Source: a virus (lineage: Duplodnaviria > Caudoviricetes). Taken from it: a stretch of DNA of 59,176 nucleotides. The notes beneath the pieces are model-generated. The model worked only from the letters and a program-made list of their open reading frames with translations, made no database searches and had not been told where the DNA came from. Location of the stretch: the IMG/VR virus record IMGVR_UViG_3300007513_002695, positions 1 to 59,176 of that record; one strand, given 5' to 3'. Made by a program: the position numbers and the translations under genes. Shown in pieces: positions 46,759 to 56,788 of the stretch. Each line of letters opens with the position of its first letter. The first letter of the stretch is position 1.

Positions 46759-48825
46759 TTATGACCAGGACACTGTCATCTGACTAATATAGCCAGTAAA
46801 AGAAGCATCAGCTTCAACACGAATAGCAATGTATTCATCATCAGCTACAAACTGTGTTCCAAACGTAACAGTGTTTGTTGCATTAAGTGAAGAATCAAGG
46901 GAACCCTCTAGACACCCGTCGTTGTCTGACACTTGGCCAGTAGAAAAGGCAGTGGCTAGGTCCATCCACCCAGTAGCCTGTCCTCCTGATGTGGTGGGTA
47001 ATTTTACAAAAACCCTTATTCTCGATGAATTTAGGGAAGTAGTGCTGGAAACGATTGTTCCTGATCCCTGTATTACTAATGAAAATCCTGTTTTTGACCC
47101 TCCACTATTGTTTTGAAAGTATCTATAAAAAGTTCTCTGTCCGCTAGTTATTCCACTATAGTTTGGATTATCTCCATGAGCATTAGAAATACCGGAGAAA
47201 TTTCCACTATTTGCCCCCTGGCTGGGAGAATATAGTCTTTGATTATAGAATAGCAATCCGTCTGAGTAAGCACTAGATCCCGTCATAATTGTGGTGCTAT
47301 TCCACGTATTGCTAGCGTTTGTCACACTATTTTGATCAGTATAGCTACCCGATACTATTCTATAATTTTCTCTTCTAAATGTCTCCCTTAAGACAGTAGA
47401 GCTATTGGAATATCCCCATAATAAAATTCCAGAAATAGACTGAGACCCGCCGCTAGACAGGTTAGACTTTAAAGGATGAGAAACATTGACAGCAGAAGAT
47501 ATAGATCCGTTTAAAAGAGAGCTTGCAGTAATTGTAGCGCTACCCGTTAAGTGAAGGGTCTTGGTCTCATCTTCTCCGCCCCCAATAGAGGGCATTGACT
47601 GCGCTGATATTGAACAGTTACTTGTTGCAAATGTAATGTTGCTAGTTGTATAAACATTTTTATACGCATTTGAAACTCTAGCACGATAATTTGCTGTGCC
47701 TGCCGAATGATACCTAACGCCTGAGAGAGAGACTAGCCCAGACATGGCTAGCGTATCAAACGCAGAGCCTGCAGCAGATAGCGCATTTGAATCACTATCA
47801 TTAACCCATTCAACGTAATTTGTCGTAACATCACTAGACGTGTCACTCATAGTGCTGGCTTTTCTATGAATAACTCTAATATAGTTTAAACCTTCATTCT
47901 GGTCGTTAGCAGCAATAGCGTACGTACCCGACCTATGCATAAAAACATCGAGCTCAGTACCATCTGTAAATCTTGCCTGTGAAGCCGAATGTATTGTAAG
48001 CACACTTCCGCCAGCTGATGACGTTGTAACCGGATGATCATTGATTCCTAAAGAAGCAGAAAGCAAATGATCACCATTTAGCTGAAGAATTACAAAACCA
48101 GTCTTTCCATCCCCAAAGGAATCAGCCCCATAATTGATTCCGTCCGAAGTTACATCATCATTTAAATTTCCGTTGATTACTGTAGACTTATTAAATAATC
48201 CCCTTCTTAAATCATTGGATGAAGCAACAGCAGAGTATGAACCATTCATGTCTACAGCAGACTGGTTTCCAATTGCAGTTACGTTAGTATACCCGCTTAC
48301 AGCATTCGAAGCTCCAAATGAAAGATTTCCAGACTGTCCGGAATCAGCACACCCAATATCATCAAGGTTTGGAGCAGGGCTCGGGGAAAGTGCCTTAAGA
48401 ATTTCATTAAATCTATCTATTGCTGTTCCAACCGGCGTGTTGTTTGTAAGATCAGTAAATAATCCGTCTGCATAAGAACCATCCTCAGCTGGTCCCAAGG
48501 TTCCTGTTCCATATATTGTTCCCGACACGATGAGATGTCCAGTTGCAACTTCGTCTACTTCGACAACTTGTTTTTCGGCATATAGCGTACCAGAAATCAC
48601 AACATCACCGCCAAAGACTGACGTGCCTGCTATTCCCTGATGCTTTGAATCAATTGCACCGCTAACAAATAAAACGGCGTCAGACCCCATGGTAACTCCG
48701 GCACCATCGACGACCCCGGAGCCTGATTTAAAAAGAATGTTGGTAGGCTCAAATCCACCATAAGAGTTTGCAGACTGTATGACACCAATTGAGCCTGATG
48801 CTTCGGTAACTCTAATAGCAGTCAT
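46759..48825 (-). CDS. putative tail/virion structural protein
   Basis: 688 aa S/G/T-rich; FGGDVVISGTL, GTAIDRFNEILKAL. Confidence 0.65.
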   Translation of the reverse strand: MTAIRVTEASGSIGVIQSANSYGGFEPTNILFKSGSGVVDGAGVTMGSDAVLFVSGAIDSKHQGIAGTSVFGGDVVISGTLYAEKQVVEVDEVATGHLIVSGTIYGTGTLGPAEDGSYADGLFTDLTNNTPVGTAIDRFNEILKALSPSPAPNLDDIGCADSGQSGNLSFGASNAVSGYTNVTAIGNQSAVDMNGSYSAVASSNDLRRGLFNKSTVINGNLNDDVTSDGINYGADSFGDGKTGFVILQLNGDHLLSASLGINDHPVTTSSAGGSVLTIHSASQARFTDGTELDVFMHRSGTYAIAANDQNEGLNYIRVIHRKASTMSDTSSDVTTNYVEWVNDSDSNALSAAGSAFDTLAMSGLVSLSGVRYHSAGTANYRARVSNAYKNVYTTSNITFATSNCSISAQSMPSIGGGEDETKTLHLTGSATITASSLLNGSISSAVNVSHPLKSNLSSGGSQSISGILLWGYSNSSTVLRETFRRENYRIVSGSYTDQNSVTNASNTWNSTTIMTGSSAYSDGLLFYNQRLYSPSQGANSGNFSGISNAHGDNPNYSGITSGQRTFYRYFQNNSGGSKTGFSLVIQGSGTIVSSTTSLNSSRIRVFVKLPTTSGGQATGWMDLATAFSTGQVSDNDGCLEGSLDSSLNATNTVTFGTQFVADDEYIAIRVEADASFTGYISQMTVSWS

Positions 48826-49097
48826 GCGAGAGCCTCAACAGCAGCTATAATTCTTTCCATAGTTTTCCTGTCTTCTTCAGAAAGACTCTTTTCAGCAAAA
48901 ACTTTCATATGAGATAGAAATTCTTTTAATGTTACTTCGTCTGATCCTAGTCTAGACAGGGCCTCTATTGACTCGTCAGGGACGATAATGGTACCTGAAG
49001 GAAGTCGATATGCACCCGGAATTTGCCCACTCTTCATCATTCTGAGTGCGGTTCCGTAAGATATCCCTAAAGTATTGGCAAAATTCTTAAGCTTCAC
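48822..49097 (-). CDS. MerR/excisionase-like helix-turn-helix DNA-binding protein
   Basis: MKLKNFANTLGISYGTALRMMKSGQIPGAYRLPSGTIIVP resembles the IS607-resolvase-type N-terminal HTH; no catalytic domain. Confidence 0.7.
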   Translation of the reverse strand: MKLKNFANTLGISYGTALRMMKSGQIPGAYRLPSGTIIVPDESIEALSRLGSDEVTLKEFLSHMKVFAEKSLSEEDRKTMERIIAAVEALA

Positions 49098-49194
49098 AAC
49101 TTATAATTATTTCACGAATTCTCGATTTGATAACGCTTGATATCACATAAAATGAAAAATTTATAACATTTGTAATATCATTTGTAATAATTCA

Positions 49195-50115
49195 TCAACT
49201 TTTTGATCTTTTAACATCTTCTAGAAGAGAAATAAGATCTAAGCCAGCACAATCTATTTTGTTTTTTGTGTAATTATAATGATTTACAAAACCAGAAAAC
49301 TTTCCACTCACAACATCTCCAACAACGCCTGTATCAAGCGATCCATTGGATCGAGTCGGACACACTAGTGGGATTCCCGTTCCAGTGTGAATAGCCTTCC
49401 AAAGGGCCTTAAGTGCTTCAATTTGAACTGAATAAAAATCTAAAAACGGAGACAGTTTTCTACCATGAACCCATCCCGCTTCCTGGATAGGTCTTTCACC
49501 AAATCCGTTTTTTACATACCAGTCTTGATACTTTGTATAGTATGCATTGCTTATTTCGACCCCAATTCCCTTTTTATTTCCAGACACGTTTCCGGCATGC
49601 CAGGCACCGTGCTGCGTATCTAAAAGCTGGTAAATTGTTCCGTCGTTGTCAATACAAAAGTGAACTGAGACTTTTCTCCTGTTTAAAACTTTTGCGCATG
49701 ATTCAGAGCTTAGACAGACATCCCAGTGATTGACGAAAACATTTGGCTTTCGATCTGGTTTTCCAGAATAGTCATAATAAGTTCCGGGTTTCATCTTTAG
49801 TCCCCCGTTCTCATTCCACAAAACTACCCTGGGCCACTCTATCTCTACAAGCTTTGAATTACAAACTATAAAACTATGATCCTTTTCCTTGGGACAAAAA
49901 TTTCTATAAGTCCCGATATCAGACTCCCTCTCTGTCCAGATTCTACGATAAGTAGTGGGGCCACAAAGACCATCAGCTACAAGCCCTCTTTTCTTTTGCC
50001 ACTTTCTAATTTCACCTACAAGATCTTCATCATGATATACTGCACCAAACCAGTCCGGCTCCCAGCCGAGAGAATCTGATGAACTTTTATTGTAGAATAC
50101 TTTATCAACAGTCAT
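49195..50115 (-). CDS. N-acetylmuramoyl-L-alanine amidase (endolysin) with peptidoglycan-binding domain
   Basis: WQKKRGLVADGLCGPTT (PG-binding_1); VNHWD, SVHFCID.DGTIYQ, AWHAG..N...IGVE, H......KIDC (Amidase_2). Confidence 0.88.
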   Translation of the reverse strand: MTVDKVFYNKSSSDSLGWEPDWFGAVYHDEDLVGEIRKWQKKRGLVADGLCGPTTYRRIWTERESDIGTYRNFCPKEKDHSFIVCNSKLVEIEWPRVVLWNENGGLKMKPGTYYDYSGKPDRKPNVFVNHWDVCLSSESCAKVLNRRKVSVHFCIDNDGTIYQLLDTQHGAWHAGNVSGNKKGIGVEISNAYYTKYQDWYVKNGFGERPIQEAGWVHGRKLSPFLDFYSVQIEALKALWKAIHTGTGIPLVCPTRSNGSLDTGVVGDVVSGKFSGFVNHYNYTKNKIDCAGLDLISLLEDVKRSKS

Positions 50116-51308
50116 TTTAACCTCTTTTCAATTAAATACATAGATTTTAACCAGGAGGCAATCTGATCGTTAACAGGGGGGTCATACTCTCCCTCGGGCC
50201 ATCCGCCATGTGAGGTGGGTTTATCAAGATGAAGATTTTTCTTATTTGCCTTCTGATAGGAGTCTTCTGGGTATGAACCCTTCACAGTTTCATATATCCC
50301 TCTGTCAGTCAAAGACATTATTTGATCATACACTTTTTTCATAAGTTTTTGAGAAGCTTGTTTTCCTGGGACGTTTTCAAGATATTCTTTAAACTGATCA
50401 GATAAATCTACAAGCTCGGGAGAAACCTTACCTCTAAGAATATCTAGAGACTTTTCTTTTCCATATTTTTGTAATAGATTTTCAGCAAATTCATGTGCGT
50501 AAGCATCGATCTCTATGTTGGATCTTAAATACTGCGATCTATCTTCTGAACTTGGTATTTCCCCTTCTTTTTCATACTGTGACTTGGCGATTTGTCTAGA
50601 AACCCCCTGATTTCTTCTTCTCTTGTCAATTTGTCTGGCATGAATGTATTCATGTCTCACAATATTTCCAACTATTTTTGATATGGTAGAAATATCAACA
50701 TCCCCAGGATTAAAGTCATCGGAAACTGGAATCATATTGAGATACATTACAAATCTACCTCTGCTACTAACACCCTGGGAGCCACCTACAACTAGTCTAT
50801 TTGGATACAGCCGGTGGTCTGATCCCATAGGAAGCTTGAGCTTGGTATTAAAATCAGGCTCAGCTGACCTAACAGCTATGGTGATCGGAATCCCGGAGGA
50901 CACCAGAAAGTTTTGTATTGCGCTCCCTAGAACTTCAGCAGCAGGGGTCTGATTATGCCATTCTCCTCCGACACTCACCATATCAGCTTCGTCAGGAGTA
51001 TTTTCATGTGTCCAAAATTTTGAATCAGCTATCGCTTTCTCAAGCTTAGAATAGAAAAAATCAGGCAAATGAGATGCTCTCTTGATTTCTTCAGATTCTT
51101 TTATAATTTCTCTGATTAGCAGCCTGATGTTTTTAATTGGTTCAGAGTTTTCATGCATTCCCCTGGCTCTTCTAGCTGCATCCGCCTTTTCCTTGCTAGC
51201 ATGGCAAGATGCCTTCTCCCATTTGCCCGATTTTTTCTTTTGCAAAACATACGATCCTGATTTTCCATCAGACTGCTTGCACTTTTGCTTCTTTACTTTG
51301 TAGGGCAT
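50112..51308 (-). CDS. modular protein with a zincin-like HExxH metallopeptidase domain
   Basis: RHEYIHARQ...YL.S..EIDAYAHE; basic N-terminal module ending MHE, then IRLLIREIIKE tag. Confidence 0.6.
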   Translation of the reverse strand: MPYKVKKQKCKQSDGKSGSYVLQKKKSGKWEKASCHASKEKADAARRARGMHENSEPIKNIRLLIREIIKESEEIKRASHLPDFFYSKLEKAIADSKFWTHENTPDEADMVSVGGEWHNQTPAAEVLGSAIQNFLVSSGIPITIAVRSAEPDFNTKLKLPMGSDHRLYPNRLVVGGSQGVSSRGRFVMYLNMIPVSDDFNPGDVDISTISKIVGNIVRHEYIHARQIDKRRRNQGVSRQIAKSQYEKEGEIPSSEDRSQYLRSNIEIDAYAHEFAENLLQKYGKEKSLDILRGKVSPELVDLSDQFKEYLENVPGKQASQKLMKKVYDQIMSLTDRGIYETVKGSYPEDSYQKANKKNLHLDKPTSHGGWPEGEYDPPVNDQIASWLKSMYLIEKRLK

Positions 51309-51313
51309 GATAT

Positions 51314-51320
51314 TAAATAT
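51314..51320 (-). promoter_or_regulatory. putative late promoter ATATTTA (leaderless start)
   Basis: 5 nt before ATG 51308, no SD. Confidence 0.55.
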
Positions 51321-51321
51321 T

Positions 51322-51924
51322 TCACTCTAGTTCAATATCAACAGATATATCTACATGAATTGATGGGACCCTAAGATGATTCGACAGGCCGTGTCTTTTT
51401 GCTTCATTTGCATTTAAAAACCAGTCAGCGTGTTTCTTTTTATCAACTATCTTTAAAAAGTAGTCGTCTTTCTTTCCGCAGTTTTGAGCCATCATCTTAT
51501 AAACAATAGAATTAAGACGATCAGCTTCAGCTGCTCCAGCTTTAAGCTCTTCGACTTTTCCCATATCCATAGAGCTTACATCATGAATCATCAGGGTCGC
51601 ATCGGGATCCATAAATCTGCGCCCCTGCTCTCCAAAAGAAAATAGAATCGCACCGCATGACATAGCTTTACCTTCCACGATCGTTGCAACCGGAAGCTCT
51701 GCATGTTTTATAGCACTGATCATAGCCATCAGACTATAGACTTGACCACCGTACGAATCAATGACTACTGGGATAACTTTCTGCCCTGTGTTGTGTGCAA
51801 GTGCCATTTGCTCAGAAAACTTCTTTGCAGCTTCTTCATCAAATTTATTTACTCTAATTATAACCGGACTCTTTCTTAGCTCATACTCTTTTAAAAGAGG
51901 CGATACATTAATTTTCCACTTCAT
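51322..51924 (-). CDS. clpP: ClpP-like serine protease
   Basis: IDSYGGQV, GKAMSCGA (Ser), LMIHD (His), DWFL.ANEA...GL. Confidence 0.85.
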   Translation of the reverse strand: MKWKINVSPLLKEYELRKSPVIIRVNKFDEEAAKKFSEQMALAHNTGQKVIPVVIDSYGGQVYSLMAMISAIKHAELPVATIVEGKAMSCGAILFSFGEQGRRFMDPDATLMIHDVSSMDMGKVEELKAGAAEADRLNSIVYKMMAQNCGKKDDYFLKIVDKKKHADWFLNANEAKRHGLSNHLRVPSIHVDISVDIELE

Positions 51925-51936
51925 TTTTTTCCTATT

Positions 51937-54429
51937 TTATCCACACTTTCCGTGACCGCACGATTTGCACATTACACACCCTTCTTGATACACAAGTGAA
52001 TCTTCAGAGTTGCAGTTTTCACAAACTGTTTTTCCAGGAACAGTTCCATCCTTAATATATGTTTTCAATACGCGAGCAATTACTTTAGAAAAAGAAAACA
52101 TATCCATCTCTATATCTTTTTGAAGTTGTTCAACAACATATTGAATAGCTGCCCCATGCCTCAAAGCTAAAGAGATTGTTCTGGTAAACCCTGCATGGTT
52201 CGGATTATCAAATACAGAGACAATATCTTTGATTATGAATTCGTCTCCATTCTTCCCAACCCTAAGATCATATCTTGAGTTTTTAGTCTTGTATGGGTGC
52301 TTAATGATGACACCCTTTTTATATTTCTTAGGAATTTCTATATATTTCTGAAGACCTCCCATGACTTCGTAAGGTCTACCGTGCATTAATCCTACCAGTA
52401 TGGTCCATGCCTCTCCCTTGATGGTTGCATGGTGAATTGAGCATGTAAGTTCATCAGGTCTCTCGGGGGCAGAATGAGTTTGAAAGGTAGTCTTGGGCTT
52501 TTCAGGAACCAGCACTCCGGACCTTGCTCCATCCCTATAGACTGTCACTCCTTTGCATCCAAGCTCCCATCCGGTCATATAGACCTTCTTAACTGTCTCA
52601 GCATCTACATCTGCGGGAAGGTTTGTTGTATTTGATATTGCATGGCATACCCACTTTTGGGCAGCAGCTTGCATCTTCACTTTGGCAACCCAGTCAATTT
52701 CACTCGCTGTTGCACCAGCATATGGACTCATAGCGACAAGCTCCTCGTCTGTAAGCCCGCCGAGCACACCATCGTCTGATTCATCTGTGTATTGCATCCA
52801 TCGATTGAATCCATGATGGTAAACAGTATACTCTTGCCACTTATCACCACTATCGTCTACGAAATCAACTCTCGCATCTTCATCTTGACCTGTCAATTTC
52901 TTTCGACGCGTATAGTGTAGCATGAACGCGGGCTCAATACCTGACGTCGTCTGAGTTAAAACAGAGACAGACCCGGCGGGTGCTGTTGTAGTAAGGGCAA
53001 TATTTCTACGACCATACTTTCTACTCATTTCATATATCTCCGGCGATTCATTCCAGATTCTTTCGAGAAATGGGTGTCCTACTTCTTTATCATGATTGTG
53101 AACTTCAAATGCACCTCTTTCTTTTGCCATATTACAAGAAGAATAATATGAATTTAAAGCAAGTGTTTTATAAAATCTTTCAACTGTTTTAATAGATTTG
53201 TCTGATCCGTATTGAATCCCAAGGGCGGCGAGAGCATCTCCGACAGCAGTCACACCAAGGCCGGTCCGACGGCCACGACGGGCCTGGGTTTCGATATCAA
53301 GCCAGAGATCTTTTTCTATCTTTTTGACAGAATTTGATTCTGGATCACTATCTATTTTTTGAAGAATTTTTTCCACCTGTTCAATCTCAAGATCTACCAT
53401 GTCATCCATAAGACGCTGTGCTTTTCTAACTGTCCGTCCCATTAGATTATAATCAAACTTTGCCTCTTTAGAAAAGGCATTTTTAACAAATGAGAGAAGG
53501 TTTACAACCATAAGTCTACAACTATCATAAGGAGATAAAATAATCTCTCCACATGGATTGGTAGAGGTTGAACCAAATCCCTCCTCTTGATAAATATCAG
53601 AAGGCGTATATTTTTTTGCATTATCCCAGAATAAAAGACCGGGTTCTGCGGAAGAGTGTGCAGACTCAATTATTTCATTCCAGACTGATTGAGCATCTAC
53701 GTAAGATTCAATTGTTGGATTTTCTGTTTCTTCTACAGGGAATCTTAAATGAAAATTTTCTTTATTTTTAACAGCATTTAAAAATTCATCTGTAAGTCTA
53801 ATTGATATATTAGCTCCCGTAACTTTTTTTAAATCTCTCTTGATGTTTATAAATGATCTTATGTCTGGATGATGAACTGAAATTGTGAGCATTAGAGCGC
53901 CTCGTCTTCCGCCCTGGGCAACCTCTCTACATGAATTAGAAAACCTTTCCATAAAAACACTTATTCCATCTGTAGTTTTTGCAGCATTGGAAGTAGCCAG
54001 CCCTCTCGGCCTAATTGAGCTTATATCAAATCCGACTCCTCCTCGTCTTTTTGCAATTTGAACAAGCTCCTGGTCTGTCTTTAAAATTCCTCCGTATGAA
54101 TCACATGGAGAATCTATAACAAAACAGTTTGAAATAGATTGAACCTGATGATCATTCCCAATTCCTGACATCGGGGAGCCCTGGGGAATGATGTACTTAA
54201 AGTCCTTAAATAGGTTATAGATCTCTTCTTCAGACATAGGGTTTGGATATCTTTTCTCTATTCTTGCAAACTCCTTTGCAAGTCTTAGATGCATATCGTC
54301 AGGTGTCTTTTCTTGATACTTGCCAGAAGAAGTAACTAGTGCATACTTTGTAGTAAAAACGTTAGCTGCTAGCTCATCTCCTTCAAAGTAATCAATTGAT
54401 TTCTCTATAACCTTTTCATAATCTTCCAA
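51937..54429 (-). CDS. nrdJ: class II (B12-dependent) ribonucleotide reductase
   Basis: SNCFV, GGVG.D.S.IRP, QGGRRGALM, EPG, TNPCGE, APAGS, TSGIEP, AIS.T.NLP, KGVTVYRDG, C-terminal Cys ribbon; no beta subunit nearby. Confidence 0.93.
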   Translation of the reverse strand: MEDYEKVIEKSIDYFEGDELAANVFTTKYALVTSSGKYQEKTPDDMHLRLAKEFARIEKRYPNPMSEEEIYNLFKDFKYIIPQGSPMSGIGNDHQVQSISNCFVIDSPCDSYGGILKTDQELVQIAKRRGGVGFDISSIRPRGLATSNAAKTTDGISVFMERFSNSCREVAQGGRRGALMLTISVHHPDIRSFINIKRDLKKVTGANISIRLTDEFLNAVKNKENFHLRFPVEETENPTIESYVDAQSVWNEIIESAHSSAEPGLLFWDNAKKYTPSDIYQEEGFGSTSTNPCGEIILSPYDSCRLMVVNLLSFVKNAFSKEAKFDYNLMGRTVRKAQRLMDDMVDLEIEQVEKILQKIDSDPESNSVKKIEKDLWLDIETQARRGRRTGLGVTAVGDALAALGIQYGSDKSIKTVERFYKTLALNSYYSSCNMAKERGAFEVHNHDKEVGHPFLERIWNESPEIYEMSRKYGRRNIALTTTAPAGSVSVLTQTTSGIEPAFMLHYTRRKKLTGQDEDARVDFVDDSGDKWQEYTVYHHGFNRWMQYTDESDDGVLGGLTDEELVAMSPYAGATASEIDWVAKVKMQAAAQKWVCHAISNTTNLPADVDAETVKKVYMTGWELGCKGVTVYRDGARSGVLVPEKPKTTFQTHSAPERPDELTCSIHHATIKGEAWTILVGLMHGRPYEVMGGLQKYIEIPKKYKKGVIIKHPYKTKNSRYDLRVGKNGDEFIIKDIVSVFDNPNHAGFTRTISLALRHGAAIQYVVEQLQKDIEMDMFSFSKVIARVLKTYIKDGTVPGKTVCENCNSEDSLVYQEGCVMCKSCGHGKCG

Positions 54430-54442
54430 CTTTCTATCTCCT

Positions 54443-55828
54443 CTAAGAGTTATTAATTTCTTTCCACTTCGACTTTAACAGGTCCTTCATAGAATTATTA
54501 GACGACTGAATCGCTTCGTTAACAGTCATGTGATCTTCATCTAAAATTTTTATCTTAGACATAGAAGTATCTATCTTTATCGGAAACAGTATTCCATCTT
54601 TTCCTGCCCTATTTTTTGCAATAAAAAGTCGTCCGGAACCCGAGGCTTTTTCCGATGGTTTCCTAGAGACAGATATTACAACATCAGCTACCATTGCCTT
54701 TCCGTAAGCTTCGGACATATTTTCAAGGCCTACCACACTTGCATTTGCTGAATCTCTATTTGCCTGAGAAGCTGTCCATATGGGTATGTTCATATCCATT
54801 GCTAGATTTCTAATCTCCTCGTAGATAAGCTTGAGTTCGTGTCGCATAGTGTCATACTTTCTAGTTGATCTCATAATATCTGCATAATCTATAATGATCA
54901 TGTGAGGGACAAATGCTTTTAAGAGAAGTTTCTCTATGTGGCTTCTTAAAGTTATAATTGAGGCGGATCCTGTCGGGTATGATTTAATTATTAACCTTCC
55001 AAACTCTTCGTCATTGTATTTTTCAATTATTTCATCTTTTCTCTCAATAACTTCATCGCTTGGAATGCTGCAAAGATTAGAATCATATCTCCAACCAACC
55101 GCATTTTCTGAAAGCTCGAACGTATAGTGGACTACGTTTTTTCCTCTCTTGATTGCCTCTGCCCCGAGAGAGACCAGAAAATGACTTTTACCAACCCCGG
55201 TGTTTGCAGTAATTACGCCAATCTCTCCCTTTCCAAGGCCGCCATTCAATATTCCCTTTTTATCGATTTCAGGCAAGCCCGTAGGGCATGCAGCCCTGTT
55301 AACTTTTTCAAATCTGGAAGCCATGTCTTCAAAGAAATCATGTCCTGCAGTATTTGGCATTCCTAATGCACAGGCATTTTTCATCCTGTCTACAACAATA
55401 TCAAACTTCCCTTCGTCAATATCCTGAACAGCTTTCTCCAGTGCCTCTCTGAACGCCTGCCTCTTGCAAAAATCTAATGTCTTTTCTTTGACATACGCAA
55501 GGTCACCTACATCCGGATTTGATCTCACCCTATGGAGAAAATCAATAATCTGATCTCTAAGAACTGCATCTCTATTTTCTCTTAGGGATTCTTTAACTAT
55601 ATTAATTAAAACCGGAAGTGTAGGGAAAGTTTTATATTTTTCGTGATAAGAAAAGTACTTTTCAGTCAAAAACTTTAAATATCCAATTTCAAAAAATCCA
55701 GGCTCCATAATTTCAACCATTTGAAGCGTCCAGTTATTATCAGTTAAAAAAGACTGGAATATTTTTTCCTGAAATGGTTTACCGTATTTCTTGAAGTACT
55801 CAGGATCATGGTGCATGGAATGGTTCAT
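54443..55828 (-). CDS. DnaB-like replicative helicase (T4 gp41-type)
   Basis: ANTGVGKS, TFELSE, IIDYADIM, WTASQANR, KNRAG. Confidence 0.93.
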   Translation of the reverse strand: MNHSMHHDPEYFKKYGKPFQEKIFQSFLTDNNWTLQMVEIMEPGFFEIGYLKFLTEKYFSYHEKYKTFPTLPVLINIVKESLRENRDAVLRDQIIDFLHRVRSNPDVGDLAYVKEKTLDFCKRQAFREALEKAVQDIDEGKFDIVVDRMKNACALGMPNTAGHDFFEDMASRFEKVNRAACPTGLPEIDKKGILNGGLGKGEIGVITANTGVGKSHFLVSLGAEAIKRGKNVVHYTFELSENAVGWRYDSNLCSIPSDEVIERKDEIIEKYNDEEFGRLIIKSYPTGSASIITLRSHIEKLLLKAFVPHMIIIDYADIMRSTRKYDTMRHELKLIYEEIRNLAMDMNIPIWTASQANRDSANASVVGLENMSEAYGKAMVADVVISVSRKPSEKASGSGRLFIAKNRAGKDGILFPIKIDTSMSKIKILDEDHMTVNEAIQSSNNSMKDLLKSKWKEINNS

Positions 55829-55831
55829 TTT

Positions 55832-56779
55832 TTAGCTCCCGATTGAATTAAAAGATAGAAAAAATCTGTCAACATCGAGAGTTTTTATCCCCTCTCTAAT
55901 TAAAGTTCTCATTACAGAGATTTTATCCCTACGGGAGTCAAAAGTATCAATTGTATCGTTTATTCTTTTAATTTGACTATGAGATAAATTTTTAGTATCC
56001 AAGTAGATCAAACGCCAGTTTCTCTCTACTATTTTCCTATTTTTAAGAAGATCTCTGTATATTTTTGGGCTACGCTTGTCACTACTTCTTTCTTGACAAA
56101 TTTTTAAAATTTCCCCTATGTCTGCACTTTCTCTATCTCTGAGAAGGGGGAATCTTTTTGCAATTGTCTTAAATCCCGCCCCTTTGATCCCAGAAATGTT
56201 GTCAGAGCTATCACCGCAGATAGACTTGGCAAGGCAAAAGTTTTCCGGAGATATATTATATTCACATGTTACGTCTGTGTGTGTTATTCTTTTTTTTCTT
56301 GTAGGTGTATATATTTCAATTTTTTCTCCTAAAAGCTGATAAAAATCTTTATCAGAAGATAATATAACTTTCTTTTCTCCTGGGTAGGAGTATCTCGCGA
56401 GATAACCTATGACATCATCTGCTTCACAATCCGGAACATACATTTGACAAATAGGAGTCTTTTTTAATATTTCCACTATAACAGATATCTGATTATCTCT
56501 TCCCTGAACTGTATCTGGTATTTCATCGTCATAATATCTATTTAACTTCTGAGGGCGCCTGTGTGATTTATACTCGGGTAAGATCGCTCGTCTTCTAGGT
56601 GACCCTCCACTCTCCCATATTACAAAAACCTTTTCAGGTGAAAATCTTTCATTCATCAACCTTAGAGAATTTAGAAAACCTACTATTCCTCCTACATGAT
56701 ATCCATGATCACTCATCGCTGGGTTAGCAACAAAATGACGCGTAAAAAGATTTAAAGCGTCTACAAGGAGAATGCTCAA
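55832..56779 (-). CDS. 5'-3' exonuclease / flap endonuclease (T4 RNase H / Pol I N-terminal-like)
   Basis: LVDALNL, YKSHR, EADDVIG, SSDKDFYQL, GDSSDNISGIKGAG.KT. Confidence 0.93.
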   Translation of the reverse strand: MSILLVDALNLFTRHFVANPAMSDHGYHVGGIVGFLNSLRLMNERFSPEKVFVIWESGGSPRRRAILPEYKSHRRPQKLNRYYDDEIPDTVQGRDNQISVIVEILKKTPICQMYVPDCEADDVIGYLARYSYPGEKKVILSSDKDFYQLLGEKIEIYTPTRKKRITHTDVTCEYNISPENFCLAKSICGDSSDNISGIKGAGFKTIAKRFPLLRDRESADIGEILKICQERSSDKRSPKIYRDLLKNRKIVERNWRLIYLDTKNLSHSQIKRINDTIDTFDSRRDKISVMRTLIREGIKTLDVDRFFLSFNSIGS

Positions 56780-56788
56780 CGTAATCTC

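Noticed and set aside
48822-49097. IS607 insertion sequence
   Set aside because: Only the N-terminal HTH resemblance is present; no serine-recombinase domain and no TnpB
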